A DNA stretch of 62,039 bases, counting the filler, from Hausera hauseri (taxonomy: Eukaryota): NCBI GenBank assembly GCA_046269625.1. It is 11 parts of 11 records of this genome, joined end to end, with 100 filler letters (N's around TTAATTAATTAA, not from the genome) between each part and the next. Parts side by side here need not be neighbours in the genome. Positions count along the whole stretch, not along the records: positions 36,204 to 40,300 come from JBJURY010764540.1; positions 40,401 to 46,058 come from JBJURY010211855.1; positions 46,159 to 50,577 come from JBJURY010591445.1; 8 more parts are not named here. The stretch is one strand, 5' to 3'. This document shows, piece after piece, positions 38,690-50,677 of this stretch. Position numbers and translations under genes: made by a program. The first letter of the stretch is position 1. The number at the start of each line of letters is the position of its first letter. Under the pieces are notes generated by a model. It saw nothing but the letters and a program-made list of their open reading frames with translations, was not told the DNA's origin and made no database searches.

Positions 38690-40111
38690 TTACTGATCCA
38701 ACGACAGAGGGATATGAATGAATTTGTCCGATGTTTTACTTTTGTATCTTATTGACTCTGGCTCGTAGATCTCTCCATCGATTGTTATTGTTTCATCCGT
38801 CTGAAATTTCCTTTTTCTGCCAGAGGTTGGTGCTATTCGCACCTGCTCGGAGGCCGAAGTCTGTGTGATGATTTCGTCGGTCCATTTCAATTGTTTATAA
38901 ATGGCCTGGTAACACTGTACCAAGGCTGTACTTCGGAGTGGCATTCCACGAGTGTCGTAGAACTTCTTTGCCAACTCCTTATAAGTGTTAGTGGTTAACT
39001 GGTATTTGCGGATAGCCTCTTCGTGATAAAGAATATCGCGAACTCCGGCTATCCGCCTGACTGGGCATTTGCAGTGATTAATCACCATCTCGAGCACATC
39101 GGCTCCGATTATGATTCTATCTGTAAAGACTTCTGTGATTTTCCGGTAAAACTCATTTGCGTCCATCTGGTTATTGATATGGGATTCTGCCAAACCCGTG
39201 AGGTGGGTATCGAAATTATTAATTCTTTGGCGTGGGGAGATGACACTATAGAAGAGTGTCTGGCCATCCAATGCTATAACCGAACATTCAATCGGTTGCA
39301 TTTGATTCCACTGGTCATAGGCTAGGTTAACAGCAGCTATGACCAGGTCGTCGTTGGTAACACTTTGTACTCTTCTGTAAGGGACTGTTTTGTATCGTAC
39401 GTAGTCGGGTTCCGGAAGATGGAAACATTTTCCTTCTGGGATCAACGGTTGAAAATTCTCGTGCTTGATTATCTCGAATGCGATCATTATACGGTTAGAA
39501 AGAGACCGAATTTTCAGAGTGTTATCTTTTATAAATCTATAATCGAAAGCTAAGACATGGTCGGGATTTATATTGATCAAGTCTCCTTGTATGAAAGTTT
39601 TACGACTGGTGGTCTTTATGTGAAATTTTCCTGCTACATTGTATACATTTATAGAATGAAATCTTTCTGGTAGGATGATCAAATCTTGGAGGTGAAAAGA
39701 AGTCGCTTTCGTTAATTGAATTAGGGCGAGAGATCTATTGCCCATACTATATCCTTTGAGGTTGTTGGGAATTTGTGGTGTTTGAGGATAGTTCAAACTG
39801 TAGGTGTAATTATTGTGAGTCACATAACATTTATTGGTTGGGATAGCATTGATAAGATGCGTTTTGACATTTGTAAACCAATGTTTTGATCGGGAGATTG
39901 ATTGAATTTTATGAGATGTCGAGGTTGATACTATAAAGGGAAATGCCAATTGCGAGTTAATATAGATATTTACACACAACACAAGGGTTATCAAGCACAC
40001 AGTGGTAATCGTTGTAGTTTTATAATTTAGTTGATCTCTATAGGTAACCTGATGACTGGTGGTTAACTCTATTAAACGGGTTGCATCAATAGCAACCCCT
40101 AGGCTCCACCG
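38690..40111 (-). CDS. Intact ORF with C-terminal DEDDh (REX4/ISG20-like) exonuclease fold lacking catalytic acids
   Basis: ECSVIALDGQTLFYSVISPRQRINNFDTHLTGL...KITEVFTDRIIIG...VRD...YKELAKKF follows the REX4/ISG20 pattern. The frame is open from 40111 to 38690. Confidence 0.7.
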   Translation of the reverse strand, partial: RWSLGVAIDATRLIELTTSHQVTYRDQLNYKTTTITTVCLITLVLCVNIYINSQLAFPFIVSTSTSHKIQSISRSKHWFTNVKTHLINAIPTNKCYVTHNNYTYSLNYPQTPQIPNNLKGYSMGNRSLALIQLTKATSFHLQDLIILPERFHSINVYNVAGKFHIKTTSRKTFIQGDLININPDHVLAFDYRFIKDNTLKIRSLSNRIMIAFEIIKHENFQPLIPEGKCFHLPEPDYVRYKTVPYRRVQSVTNDDLVIAAVNLAYDQWNQMQPIECSVIALDGQTLFYSVISPRQRINNFDTHLTGLAESHINNQMDANEFYRKITEVFTDRIIIGADVLEMVINHCKCPVRRIAGVRDILYHEEAIRKYQLTTNTYKELAKKFYDTRGMPLRSTALVQCYQAIYKQLKWTDEIITQTSASEQVRIAPTSGRKRKFQTDETITIDGEIYEPESIRYKSKTSDKFIHIPLSLDQ

Positions 40112-40300
40112 TCACCTGGGATTATTAATGGGTAACGGGTTCGTTAGCTCGCGTAAGTTGATTCGTACCCAGCTTCGTTTCTTTTTGCGTCGTTGTTGTT
40201 GTATTACCTTGGCTAATATAACTGTTATTATCACTATTACTATAGGGGTTATTGAACCTATTATGATTATTTCTAGACGAGAATGCGTATGTCCTGCTCG
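40112..40300 (-). CDS. C-terminus of a membrane protein (TM helix and basic tail), env-like; truncated by contig end
   Basis: LEIIIIGSITPIVIVIITVILAKVIQQQRRKKKRSW...NNPR*, in the same frame as the downstream exonuclease ORF. Confidence 0.55.
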   Translation of the reverse strand, partial: RAGHTHSRLEIIIIGSITPIVIVIITVILAKVIQQQRRKKKRSWVRINLRELTNPLPINNPR

Positions 40301-40400
40301 NNNNNNNNNNNNNNNNNNNNNNNNNNNNNNNNNNNNNNNNNNNNTTAATTAATTAANNNNNNNNNNNNNNNNNNNNNNNNNNNNNNNNNNNNNNNNNNNN

Positions 40401-41028
40401 ACAACAACACAACACAGCACAACACAACACAACAAAACACAATACAGCACAACAGAGTACAACACAACACAGTACAACAAAACACAACACAACACAGCAC
40501 AACACAACACTACACTACACTGCACAACACAACACAACACAACAACGCAACACAACAGAACACAACGCAACACAGTACAACACAACACAACACAACACTG
40601 CACTACACTACACAACACAACACAACACCACACAACACAGCACAAAAAAACGCAACACAGTACAGCGCAACACAACACAACACAGCACAACACAACACAA
40701 TCAAAACAACAATGCACTACACTACACAACACAACATAGCACAACACAACACAGCACCGCACAAAACAGCACAGCATAACACAACACAACACAGCAGAGC
40801 ACAACAAGACACAACGCAACACAACACAGCACAACAAAACACAACACAACACAACACAACAATGCATTACACTACACAACACAACACAGCACAGAAAAAC
40901 ACAACACAACACAGCACAACACAACACAACACAAGAAATCACTACACTGCACAACAACAACACAACACGACACAACACAACACAAGAAATCACTACACTG
41001 CACAACAACAACACAACACAACACAGCA
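40401..41028. repeat. (CACAA)n degenerate pentanucleotide microsatellite
   Basis: Seen directly in the sequence. Confidence 0.97.
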
Positions 41029-41136
41029 CTAGCTTTGTGCAATAGTACATTTGATTAATGATAAATATATTTTTATTATTTTCGAAGTTTTGTTTATATT
41101 GTTCACTACTTCTGATCGAAAAAATCATGAGCTCAT

Positions 41137-42130
41137 TCAAAAGTTCAACTTTCTGGCTTTAGAAAAGTCCTTGATGGCTTCATGAAAGTTTAGTTTCTCT
41201 GCCAACTCCCGTTCGATTGAAATCAGCACAAGAGTGAAAAGTCGAGATAGGCTCATTTCTGAATGTAAGTAGCCTATGATCAATTTCAGCTTTGAAAAGC
41301 TGCGTTCACATGACCTAACTGAAACGCAAGATGTCAGAAAAATTCTAAGTATGACTGTTAAATTTGGTAGGATTTCTGCAAATCTCCACTTAACAATCCA
41401 TTCCAGCAATGACAGCACTGTGGATGTTCGATCCAGGACCAGCTTTTTGTACTTTATTGATGAAGACAGCATACAGGGCAGTCATCATATTTCAAGTTTT
41501 GTCTTGTGCATGAATTTCATTATACCGAACTGCTATTTCATCCACCTGATCACCAATTTCACTGTCACTGAAAGGATCCAACAACTGGGAAAGCTGCAAA
41601 ATCTGAAACGATTGCTCACTACTTTTTCTTGTTCGAAACGTCGCTGTATTTCATTTATTAGCCAATCCAGTGTCTCGAATATTTCAGATGAACCAGTGAA
41701 TGAATTATATTGTTATAAATGCATTAATAAATGATATTACTAATTATATTACAAAAATGAATTGTATTATCGATTTTCATCGTTCTTTTTAGCATAATTC
41801 TCTGCTTCTCGATCCCGTCCAATGAAGATCATCATATTCAGCGATAAACGTTTATTAACTTTATCGCGTTTCACAAGCAATTTTCTGTACGCAGATCCAC
41901 CGAATCTTTGTCTTTTATTCATATTCTTTTATCAATGCCGTTTATTATTTTGCTGTTAATTAAAAAAATGTTGATTACAACAACACGGATTGTGTCAAGC
42001 TTCAAATTTAAAATAAATTTGCTTTATGCATCTGCCCCAGGATAAATAACCTAGCATCGCAGATTTTGTTCATCACTTCATTTTGCCGCCCGGGGCAATC
42101 CACCTCCTCCGCCCCCTCTCTACGCCACTG
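41137..42130 (-). mobile_element. Internally deleted hAT transposon (C-terminal dimerization domain and one TIR)
   Basis: LPNLTVILRIFLTSCVSVRSCERSFSKLKLI...L.LISIERE. The minus-strand terminus CAGTGGCGTA lies at 42130. Confidence 0.85.
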
Positions 42131-42956
42131 CACACTTATATTGAAAGGCACTTTACTATCAGTCAGAGTTCTTTTTTATATAAATTAGTTACATAATAAC
42201 TTCATCTCAAAGGATTATAAAACAGCGAAAATTTTGTAAAATCTCAAAATTCTTTTACATATTGTGGGATGGTAGGGATTGAAGATCGAAATACGTATTA
42301 TTCGAAAACTATGATTACATAATTTTAGCCTTTCTTTCAAATCTTAAAACTGTGCTTTTATAAATAATGCTCATAAGAAACTCTGACTGACAGAAAAGTC
42401 TCTTTCCTTGTTAGAAAATGAATGACAAGAATTTCAAGGCATAGAAATATTTCTTATACTCGAATTTAAATTTCTATTTGTCATTTAATCCTTCTGCCAA
42501 CACTAGCCAATAAAACTGAAGAAAATTTCAGACTAATAATGACACGTTTGAATTTGTATGCTCTATGCTGCAGTACCTTGAGAAAAATTGCATAAACTAT
42601 GCAACCAATGAAAATGAAGCAAACTTACAACCAGATATTGCATTTGTTCCACTGGTTAATCACCTTGCCAATCTGATAATAATATTATGCATCTTTTGGA
42701 AACAGAAATGAGTTATTTGTTGAAAAAGTAAAATGCAGAAAAATGTTCAAAAACTAATAAAAATTCATGAGTTCGAGTTCGAAATTTGAAGTCCATAAAA
42801 TCGATAGTTGTACTCTTGTCTACAAATTACTGAATTTTCGAACTGTTATTGATCAGGCTTGATCGAAAAATATTTATTGATTTTTAGTACTTTCGAGGAC
42901 TTCTTTGACCTAGTTCGAATAGGAAATCTGGACTTGGTTCGGTCCCATTGTCAAAA

Positions 42957-44672
42957 TGATTGGGCGGATAAAGAATTAGTTAGTAATTAATGAATAAATG
43001 TACCGTATTGCCCCTGACATTTCATAGAGCGGCTGGAGGCCAATTCATATGGCCTGTATGAATGGGCATACAGAAGTTGTAAAAATGTTGCTTAACAAGG
43101 GATGTCAAATTGAATCATCGTCACTTCTGGTAAAACTTTTCCTATTTCGTTTTTAAATGGAATTATTCAGTGTGGATGGCGTCCAATCCACTGCGCATGT
43201 ATCTACAACCATGATCCAGTTGTTAAGTTACTTCTTGACAGAGGCTGTAATATGGAAGCTAAAGACGAAGTAAAGCGTAAATAATGTTGTAAATGCTGCT
43301 TTGTTCCAGTCAGACTTGACTCCACTGCATCATGCATGCAGAAATGGCCACATGGCAATTGCACATCTTCTGATAAGCAAAGGCTGCCAAATTGAATCCA
43401 CAAATGGGGTAACACAAAATGCAAATGGGTTTTAGTATTGTTGTGCAGTTGGGATGCCGACCAATTCATTTCGCTTGTCTGATGGGTCACACGGAAATTG
43501 TGAAGTTGTTGATGAAGCAGAATTGTCAAAAGGAAGCTGCAGATGTCGTGAGTGAGCGTATCTGGATGAGGTTCTGATGATTGCGATTTCAGAATAATTG
43601 GAGGCCAATACATTACGCGTGTTGCAGAGGTCATTTGAAGGTCGTTCAGCTGTTAATCGACAGTGGATGTTTGACGAATGTAGTAGATAAAGTACTGGCG
43701 ATTTGAGGAAGATGTCGTTGTAATGATTATTTATTCAGTTTGGATTGAGGCCAATTGATTTGGCATGCAATTACGGACATATTGCTGTGGTAACACTTCT
43801 ACTCAACTGGGGATGTTATACTGAACCATCGATCAGAGTGACTTAGTTGCCCCACGTTTTGTTTTGATGATATTTGTAGATTGTTAAATCAACTATGGAT
43901 ACGATGCAAGATTGTGAGAAAGATCAATGCCGTAACATCATCAAAGCATTTTCTCCAATTGCAAAAAGGGTTAGTTAACGCATGATGTCCAGAAAATGGC
44001 TGCTGTAAATGTTGATTCACTTCATCTCCCTGTATTGTGAATAGAAGGTCAAGTTTGGGTCGGTTAATTCAACAGATGTAGGAGGCTATAGGATGTTAGG
44101 GTGAATGAACTGATAAAGCAATCTGGGGTGGACAAACTACGGCATATTTACGATTTTTAAGCAACCCTCTAGGAATAAATAAATTTGGAAAAAGTATCCA
44201 AACCATCCAAACTTTTATTCCAATTTAGCTGTTGCAGGTAAAAAGGAAGAAGTTGGAAAATGTTAATGAAGATCAACACAACAAAACGCAACCCATTTTA
44301 TGTAGAGAAAGTCATGATGGAAATTGAGATCGAATTCCATAAAAATGATTAGTTTAATACTGAGTTATACTCTCGTCTGTAAACAATTTTGTTTTTGTCT
44401 AGAACAAGCAATTCATAGAAAAGCAGCAAAGGCAAAGACGACAGATGCGATCAACATCATACGTCGATGATACTGAACCCCACAACGTAAACATGTACTC
44501 ATTCCCCACGGGCATAACGAACATTCAGGTGTGTAATGTGTGTATGGACCAGAAAATTGACAGTTCATTCGACTGCGGTCATACAATGTGTATGCGATGT
44601 GCCCGAATGGTCAACTGCTGCCCATTCTGTCGATCTACAGTCATGAATCCCCGTCGAATCATTCTACCGTAA
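42957..44672 (+). CDS. Ankyrin-repeat plus C-terminal C3HC4 RING E3 ligase, multi-exon
   Basis: Ankyrin exons 43028-43129, 43171-43269, 43310-43408, 43449-43547, 43593-43691 and 43739-43837 (G.RPIH.AC..GH..VV.LL...GC), separated by phase-0 GT-AG introns of 40-47 nt. The last exon encodes CNVCMD...CGHTMCMRC...CPFCR. The start codon and middle exons are approximate. Confidence 0.9.
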
Positions 44673-45844
44673 CTACAATTATAATTCCAACTACCATCTG
44701 ATGGATACTGCCAAGGTCATACTGGGTTTTTTACTTGTCTTTTTAAACAGAAATGGAGATAAAATTCATCGCCGAAAATGTAAAATAAATACATCTTATA
44801 ATCGTTCATTATTGGTCACCCGACCCTCCAAATAATCCCCCACCGAATCGAATGAAAACTCGAAACACGCCCTAACCCCATCACGATGATTTGTAAGATC
44901 TATTTACACAGAGTCAATTGATGAAATCATTTAAAAAATTTGGCCATACATTTAGGCACTTGTTCAATTCCCACCCCAATATGCAAAACAAATTATCAGC
45001 AGTGAGATCTCGTTGCTTCTAACTACGAAATTATAAAATTGAATGGATATGTATTATTATATTGATCAACTTTTCAACAAAAATTAAATTATTAGTGAGT
45101 GCTACTCATATTCCAAAATTAAATTCTATACTACAAAATAATTATTCCAACCTGTATCTAAATTAAACCAGCAGGTGGTTTTGGTCAAATTTAACTGACA
45201 AACAAAAAGTACAGTGAAGAGTTCAGTTACCTTGGTGGTGGAGGTTGCACTGAATATAACCGACCATCAGGGGTCGGCGATCTGTACAAAAAGCTATGCA
45301 ATTTGACAAAGAACCAATTAAAAAGGATATCGAAAATTATATGAGATATTCTCGTGACAATCAGTAATATGATTGTCTTGTATAACAAGAAATATTTTGA
45401 CATGTTTTTCATTAAATTTATCAATAGCTAATTGACACAGAGAATTGTTGGGCATTCATTATTTTTATGTTCATTAAAACACTCCCTCCCCGAAAGAACA
45501 GATAGACTAAACAAAACAAACAACAAAATAATTTTCTGTAGCTTCCTTGCAACATGAACTGACTTTGACCTAAGTTTAAGCTTTGTGGAAGCTGCTTCAA
45601 GAGAAACAGTGTAAAGAATGATGTACCATTACATCATGCTGAAAAGGGTAGACGGCACATTTGACATGCATGTGAAGGTGAGTTAGTCCTTAATTTGTTA
45701 GAAACTGGTTTTAACCCCCCACCTGTTTGATTAAATACCAAAACATCTGAAGATTTTAAGAGAGGGCTACAAGGTTCACTGAGCACAGGCGCTGCCGAGG
45801 TGAGAGTGGATGAGAGCCTAGAGTGGTGCAGCCGAACAACTTAC

Positions 45845-45995
45845 ATGGGTCCCGTGCAATGAAGTGTGCTCCTAGAGCGGGGTGGATATTTGTGGGGTTC
45901 GGTGTGGCCATCAGCTTACTCTTTGCCATCTTCGTGTTGGCTTTAGCAAACTCTAAGCGCAGGGTCTGGGGACTGTCGGGATCAAAACGGATACC
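45845..45995 (-). CDS. RBPMS2: Vertebrate (teleost-like) RBPMS2 exon
   Basis: cag|[50 protein letters not shown]|gtaagt, 151 nt with canonical splice sites. Confidence 0.92.
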
Positions 45996-46167
45996 CTGAG
46001 AGGAGAGACGGAGGAGGGGGACATATGATCGTAAGGGAGGCGAGCCGAGTTCATGGGGNNNNNNNNNNNNNNNNNNNNNNNNNNNNNNNNNNNNNNNNNN
46101 NNTTAATTAATTAANNNNNNNNNNNNNNNNNNNNNNNNNNNNNNNNNNNNNNNNNNNNGAGGCGTAC

Positions 46168-46329
46168 CTTGGCGGAGCGGGTGATGGCGGGGATCTCGGA
46201 GTAGACGTCAGAGGATTGTGGGTAATTGTCCTCCAGCAGGCTGCAGGTGTGGTGCAGAAGCGAGTGGCGGTGGACGGTGTCCTTCACCTCCACCACCTTC
46301 TCCAGGTAACTGAGCTCAAAGCCTTTGGC
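46168..46329 (-). CDS. FHOD1: Vertebrate (teleost-like) FHOD1/FHOD3 formin FH2 exon
   Basis: cag|[54 protein letters not shown]|gt, 162 nt with GC-rich codons. The paralog assignment is uncertain. Confidence 0.85.
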
Positions 46330-46920
46330 CTGCAGGTCCACAGAAAACACAGGAACATGGAGAGAATGTGGACAGAAACAGCTCAGTGAAATCACAAATG
46401 GAACTTTTGCTTCAACAACAAATCGCAGCAGAGTTCCTTTCTTGCAGGGTTTGAAAAAATAAAAATAAACTCAATGAAGTGATCCGACCGGATGTCTAGG
46501 TTCATTAGACTGTTCTTATCAAAAACTATCATATACTCAAGCTTCACTGATTGTTCTTCTGAGCCAAGGGAAGCCAAACAGGTCCGAATTCATCATGAAA
46601 AACAATCCTAACAAGATCTGCCTTGATCGATTGCCAGCTTTAAACAGCTTACTGCAAAATATAAAAGCAGTAAGTATTTACGGTAACCGCTTGTTTTGAT
46701 GTTGATGACTTGTGTTTCCCCTTTTAGATGTTTGGTTTCTGATTCCAGAGGCTCACACACCCGCAGAGGCACATGCATGTGATGAAGTGAGAACAAAAAC
46801 ACAGAAACATGAAGCATGAACGACCAACACCTTCAGGTCTGATCTCAGGCTTTTCAAGTGACACGTAGGTGGATTTTTATGTTCTTCAACATTATTATTA
46901 GCACACAAAAGGATTATCTT

Positions 46921-49410
46921 CATCAATGCAGGAAAAGGTGCTCGAACCATAGAGCCTGTAAAGGATATCGTTGATTAATGGTAGAGAATAGGCATCCATT
47001 GTTGTTATGATGTTGAGTTGGCGGTAATCACCGCATGGGCGAAAGGTGCCAACTTTTCTGAAACCACATGTTGGAGTGAAGACCACGGGGATTTGGATCT
47101 TCTGATTATTCCTGATTTTTCTAATTCGAGAAACTCAGCCTCCACTGCCTGTCTGCAGCGAGGCAAAAGTGGGCGGACCCTTTGACGTATTGGTCTTTAA
47201 TGTGCTGTTACTATGTGATGGAAGGTGGATTTAGGTGGTACGAATGATTTGTCCTTTTGCAACAGACGTATGCAGGAAGAGGAAATATATTGCTGTAAGT
47301 CAGAGGACAACGATGAAAAGTTTTCAGATGGTGTCGATGCTTCGTGACTGGATGCAGTTGAGATATGAGTTGTAGACGAGATGTTGTGACTAGGTGGTAT
47401 TAGGTGCAGTGTTCGTGCTGAAGATGGTGTTAGCAGCTGTACTATCAGCAATAGGTGCCACGCAGTTGGCAATATCATAGTTGTTGCCGCAATAAAAATT
47501 TCTATATAATGGATGATTATAAAAATAATTTAAATTGGAAGTCGTTTTCTTTAGTATTGACTTGCTGAAAGCGATCGCCCGGGTAGTCACCAAAATGCTG
47601 ATAATTTGATTAAAATTAATTCCGCTCTTTAAGGAACATCGTTTGCAGTCTACAAGTAAATTGTAGTGGGACAGAAGGTCTGAACCCAATATAGGTGTGC
47701 GTACATTGGCTACTGTAAATTTCCAAGTGAATGTGTTTGGGAAATTTGGAAGTGTAAAGGTTAGTTTCGTAACACCAAAAGTTTGTAAAGGTTTACCGGA
47801 CGCAGTGAACAGTTGCTTTTTTGAACTGAAATTATTTTGGATGTGCTGTGTTGGTGGTAGTAAAGAGATTGCTGCGCCAGTGTTTATCAGAAAATTAATG
47901 TTTTGCTTTGCTGGAGTGACGACTGCTGCTTCCAACGCGAATACAGCAAAAGAAATGTGTCGGCTATCTTTTTGTAGGTTGTTGCCTTTGCTAAAACTTG
48001 CCGTGTATCCTAGCGGCGAAATCAGTTTTTTGTAGCTGGTGAGTTTGGCCTGCTATTTTGTGTGAGTTTGGTAGTGCTGATTTTATCGTGCGTGTTGTAG
48101 TTGCAGCCAGGTAGGCATTTTTGTGCTTTTGTTCCAAATTTTGCGTGATAGATACAAACGATGTTGCTTGTGTTGAAATCGGGGGAGTAAAATTTACAAC
48201 CGATGCAGCATTTCTGAGCATTGTTACCAACTTTGTTGTGATAGTAGCAAATAGACGACCGCGCGGGCGAAGGCAACCGTCTTTGTCGTTGATGAAATAC
48301 ATTAGGGGAAGCAGCCCTAGAAAAGCCTTGTCGAGGCAGCGTTAAGTCATTTAATTTCTCGTTTATGTTATTAATTGTTTTTTGCAACATTTTTATTGTT
48401 GGTGGTTTGTTGTTGATGCCGCAGAGACAGTCGGTGTTGTGTGTGAGTGCAGCACTTCATAAGCTTTGTCCGCCAGTTCGGCCAACTTTCCCAGTGCCGT
48501 GGAGTCTTCGACTACAGTCAGCAAAGCTTTTATTTGAATGGGCCATGCGTTTAGGAAGTAACGACGAAGAAGTTTTGGACTATGCTAAGATGTTACGCCA
48601 AGGGTATTGAGGTGAGACAAGGATGTGCGCAAGAATTCAGAAGGCTTCTGAAGGCCCATGGCGTTGTCATTAAAGAACCTTTGAATGATAGAATCGATTG
48701 ACGGCCCAGTGAACTTAAGAACGGCATTGTAAAGTTGAGCATATGGATCGGTGTGGTGAAGGATGTCGACGATGTTTGTAATTTTAGTTGTGATAGAAGG
48801 AGGTAAATGAAAAAATAGGCTGTTGGCTTTGGATAAGGAGTCGACGACGTTTTGTGATTGGAGCCAGAATTGATGAAATTTTAGCCATGTTTGGGTGGAA
48901 TTTTGGCTGTCGAGGAAGTATTCTGTGCAGGGTGAATGAGTGGGGAGTGTGTGCTGTGTCGAAGTGTTTGAAGTACTTTGTTTGGGTAGGTAAATGATGG
49001 AGATCGGTGGTTTGGCGGGTTTGTCCGTGGTATCAATAGTGGGTGATGAATCCATGCCACCACGGATGCGGGTGTATATGAAAATAGATATTAAATGAAG
49101 ATTTCAGGGTCTCAACGAGAGGTACCCTGGAGCCGTGGTGTGTGAGATAAAAGTCAGGTGAGCAAAGAGAAGTGGAGATGACGGTGTAAATGGCAGCAGT
49201 GCTTAAGTGTGTAACTGCATTTGTGCAAATGTGTTCGTTATTTAGAAAAAAGAAAAGGATGTATATGGAGGTCGTGTAACCTGGGGCGTGTGGTGGTGCG
49301 GCAGCGAACGGTGCCGTCTGACCCAGTGGTATAGGGTGGGCGGCAGGGGCTTCAGCCTCGCCGTGACGGGCCGCAAACTGCGGGGTAGCCAAGTTTCCCG
49401 CTTGCAGCCA
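46921..49410 (-). mobile_element. CsRn1-like Ty3/gypsy copy B (leader-UBL-gag-PR-partial RT), broken in mid-RT
   Basis: RIRGG|MDSS at 49070-49044; gag with MGLQKPSEFL and two CHCC motifs; FLINTGAAIS; FRPCGDYRQLN. Ends abruptly at STFSCID. Confidence 0.9.
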
Positions 49411-50243
49411 AATTTTGAAAATCGTGATATTGATTGTTTTCGTGAGTTTTGGTGGGGTTTGGTCGGGCTCCTATGGATTAACCAAAATAAAATTGTCATC
49501 GTATAAAATGAAATACAACAGGCTGTCCCATGTAGCCTTGTTAATACTTGTAGATTTAACAGCAACGTTTTGAACGGTAACAAGAGTGTGTTCGACCAAT
49601 TCATCAATTTCTTTAAGCAAAGGATTACAATCCGGTTTCGGTTCGATGCCTAAATTATAATTGGCCGCCGAAACATTTAGAATTTGCAAGAAATACGTAT
49701 CAACTAAATTCTTGAAGAAACTACATAAGTTGGACAGAATAACCAAAGCATATTTATTGGGTGACGATTTAATACAATTTGGCAAATCAGCCAGTGGTGA
49801 TCAAACGGAACTATCGGTATCTAAATCATATTGCAAGTTTGACAACCAAAAACAAAATGTGAACAGAATGCTTAACAATTTCCATATTATTAATTACGGA
49901 TATTTTACGGCGTATTTCATTACTTTGAGTATCCAGTCAACTTCTATAGCTGTTGTTGCAGCAACGGTTTTGGATTTTGTTTGTAACAGCTTTAGTTGAC
50001 TAGAAAAATTGTTTATCCTTTGCGATATCCTTTCAAACATCACGATTTGCTACAGTCGGAGTATTGGTAATTCGATTAATTTCAAATAACAAATGGTAAC
50101 AGTTACGTTCGCCACCCCTCAAACTTAACAGAACTTGATGGGCAATTACAATAGCAACATCAGGTGGAAAATTGTCTAATGTTGATGTATTATCCGGGAA
50201 CTTCTGTAAATTTTCTAATTCACATTCATAATCGTTGTACATA
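49400..50243 (-). pseudogene. RALGAPB: RALGAPB N-terminal fragment, intronless and decayed
   Basis: MYNDY...TSTLDNFPPDVA; EVDWILKVMKY; PNKYA..ILSNL..FF; VQNVA..ST.INKATWDSLLYFIL; IFKIWLQA. These resemble RALGAPB MYSEW...TSVLHSYP, EVKWTMEVICY, ETWE.LLLFLL and LFEVWLLA. Confidence 0.7.
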
Positions 50244-50677
50244 TCACTGCATGCAATTATAAAACAATAGTTTTGTAAAGACCGTCTAACGTGCAGATCA
50301 GAATGTTTAAAATTCACAATGGAAAAAAATGTTAACTTCGTGAAAAAATCTTTGTCCATGCGACACGAAATAAACTGGTATGTTTTCCGAAACCATTTAT
50401 CAAATTGTATTTTTGAAATACGTTTTTGATTGAATTGTCTTTCTAAATCTTTGTACAAACGTATCGCTAAATTTATCGTCGATTCAGAAATAATTCCCAG
50501 TTTAGACAGATTCGACTCATTCTTTGATGTCATTTCACCAACGAATAGTTTTTGTTTCAACGGCGGTTCACAGGTTTNNNNNNNNNNNNNNNNNNNNNNN
50601 NNNNNNNNNNNNNNNNNNNNNTTAATTAATTAANNNNNNNNNNNNNNNNNNNNNNNNNNNNNNNNNNNNNNNNNNNN

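Noticed and set aside
40349-41140. 263-aa Cys/Val-rich and 106-aa Thr/Gln/His-rich ORFs
   Set aside because: They are translations of the (CACAA)n microsatellite.
44950-44975. gcacttgttcaattc shared with the MITE core
   Set aside because: The match is only 15 bp with no TIRs around it.
49090-49110. Programmed frameshift inside the UBL domain
   Set aside because: The shift is +1 in B, -1 in C and absent in A, which fits random decay indels.
50110-50127. LSLRGG inside ORF 50033-50560, resembling another ubiquitin C-terminus
   Set aside because: It lies within RALGAPB-like sequence with no UBL core upstream, so it is probably coincidental.
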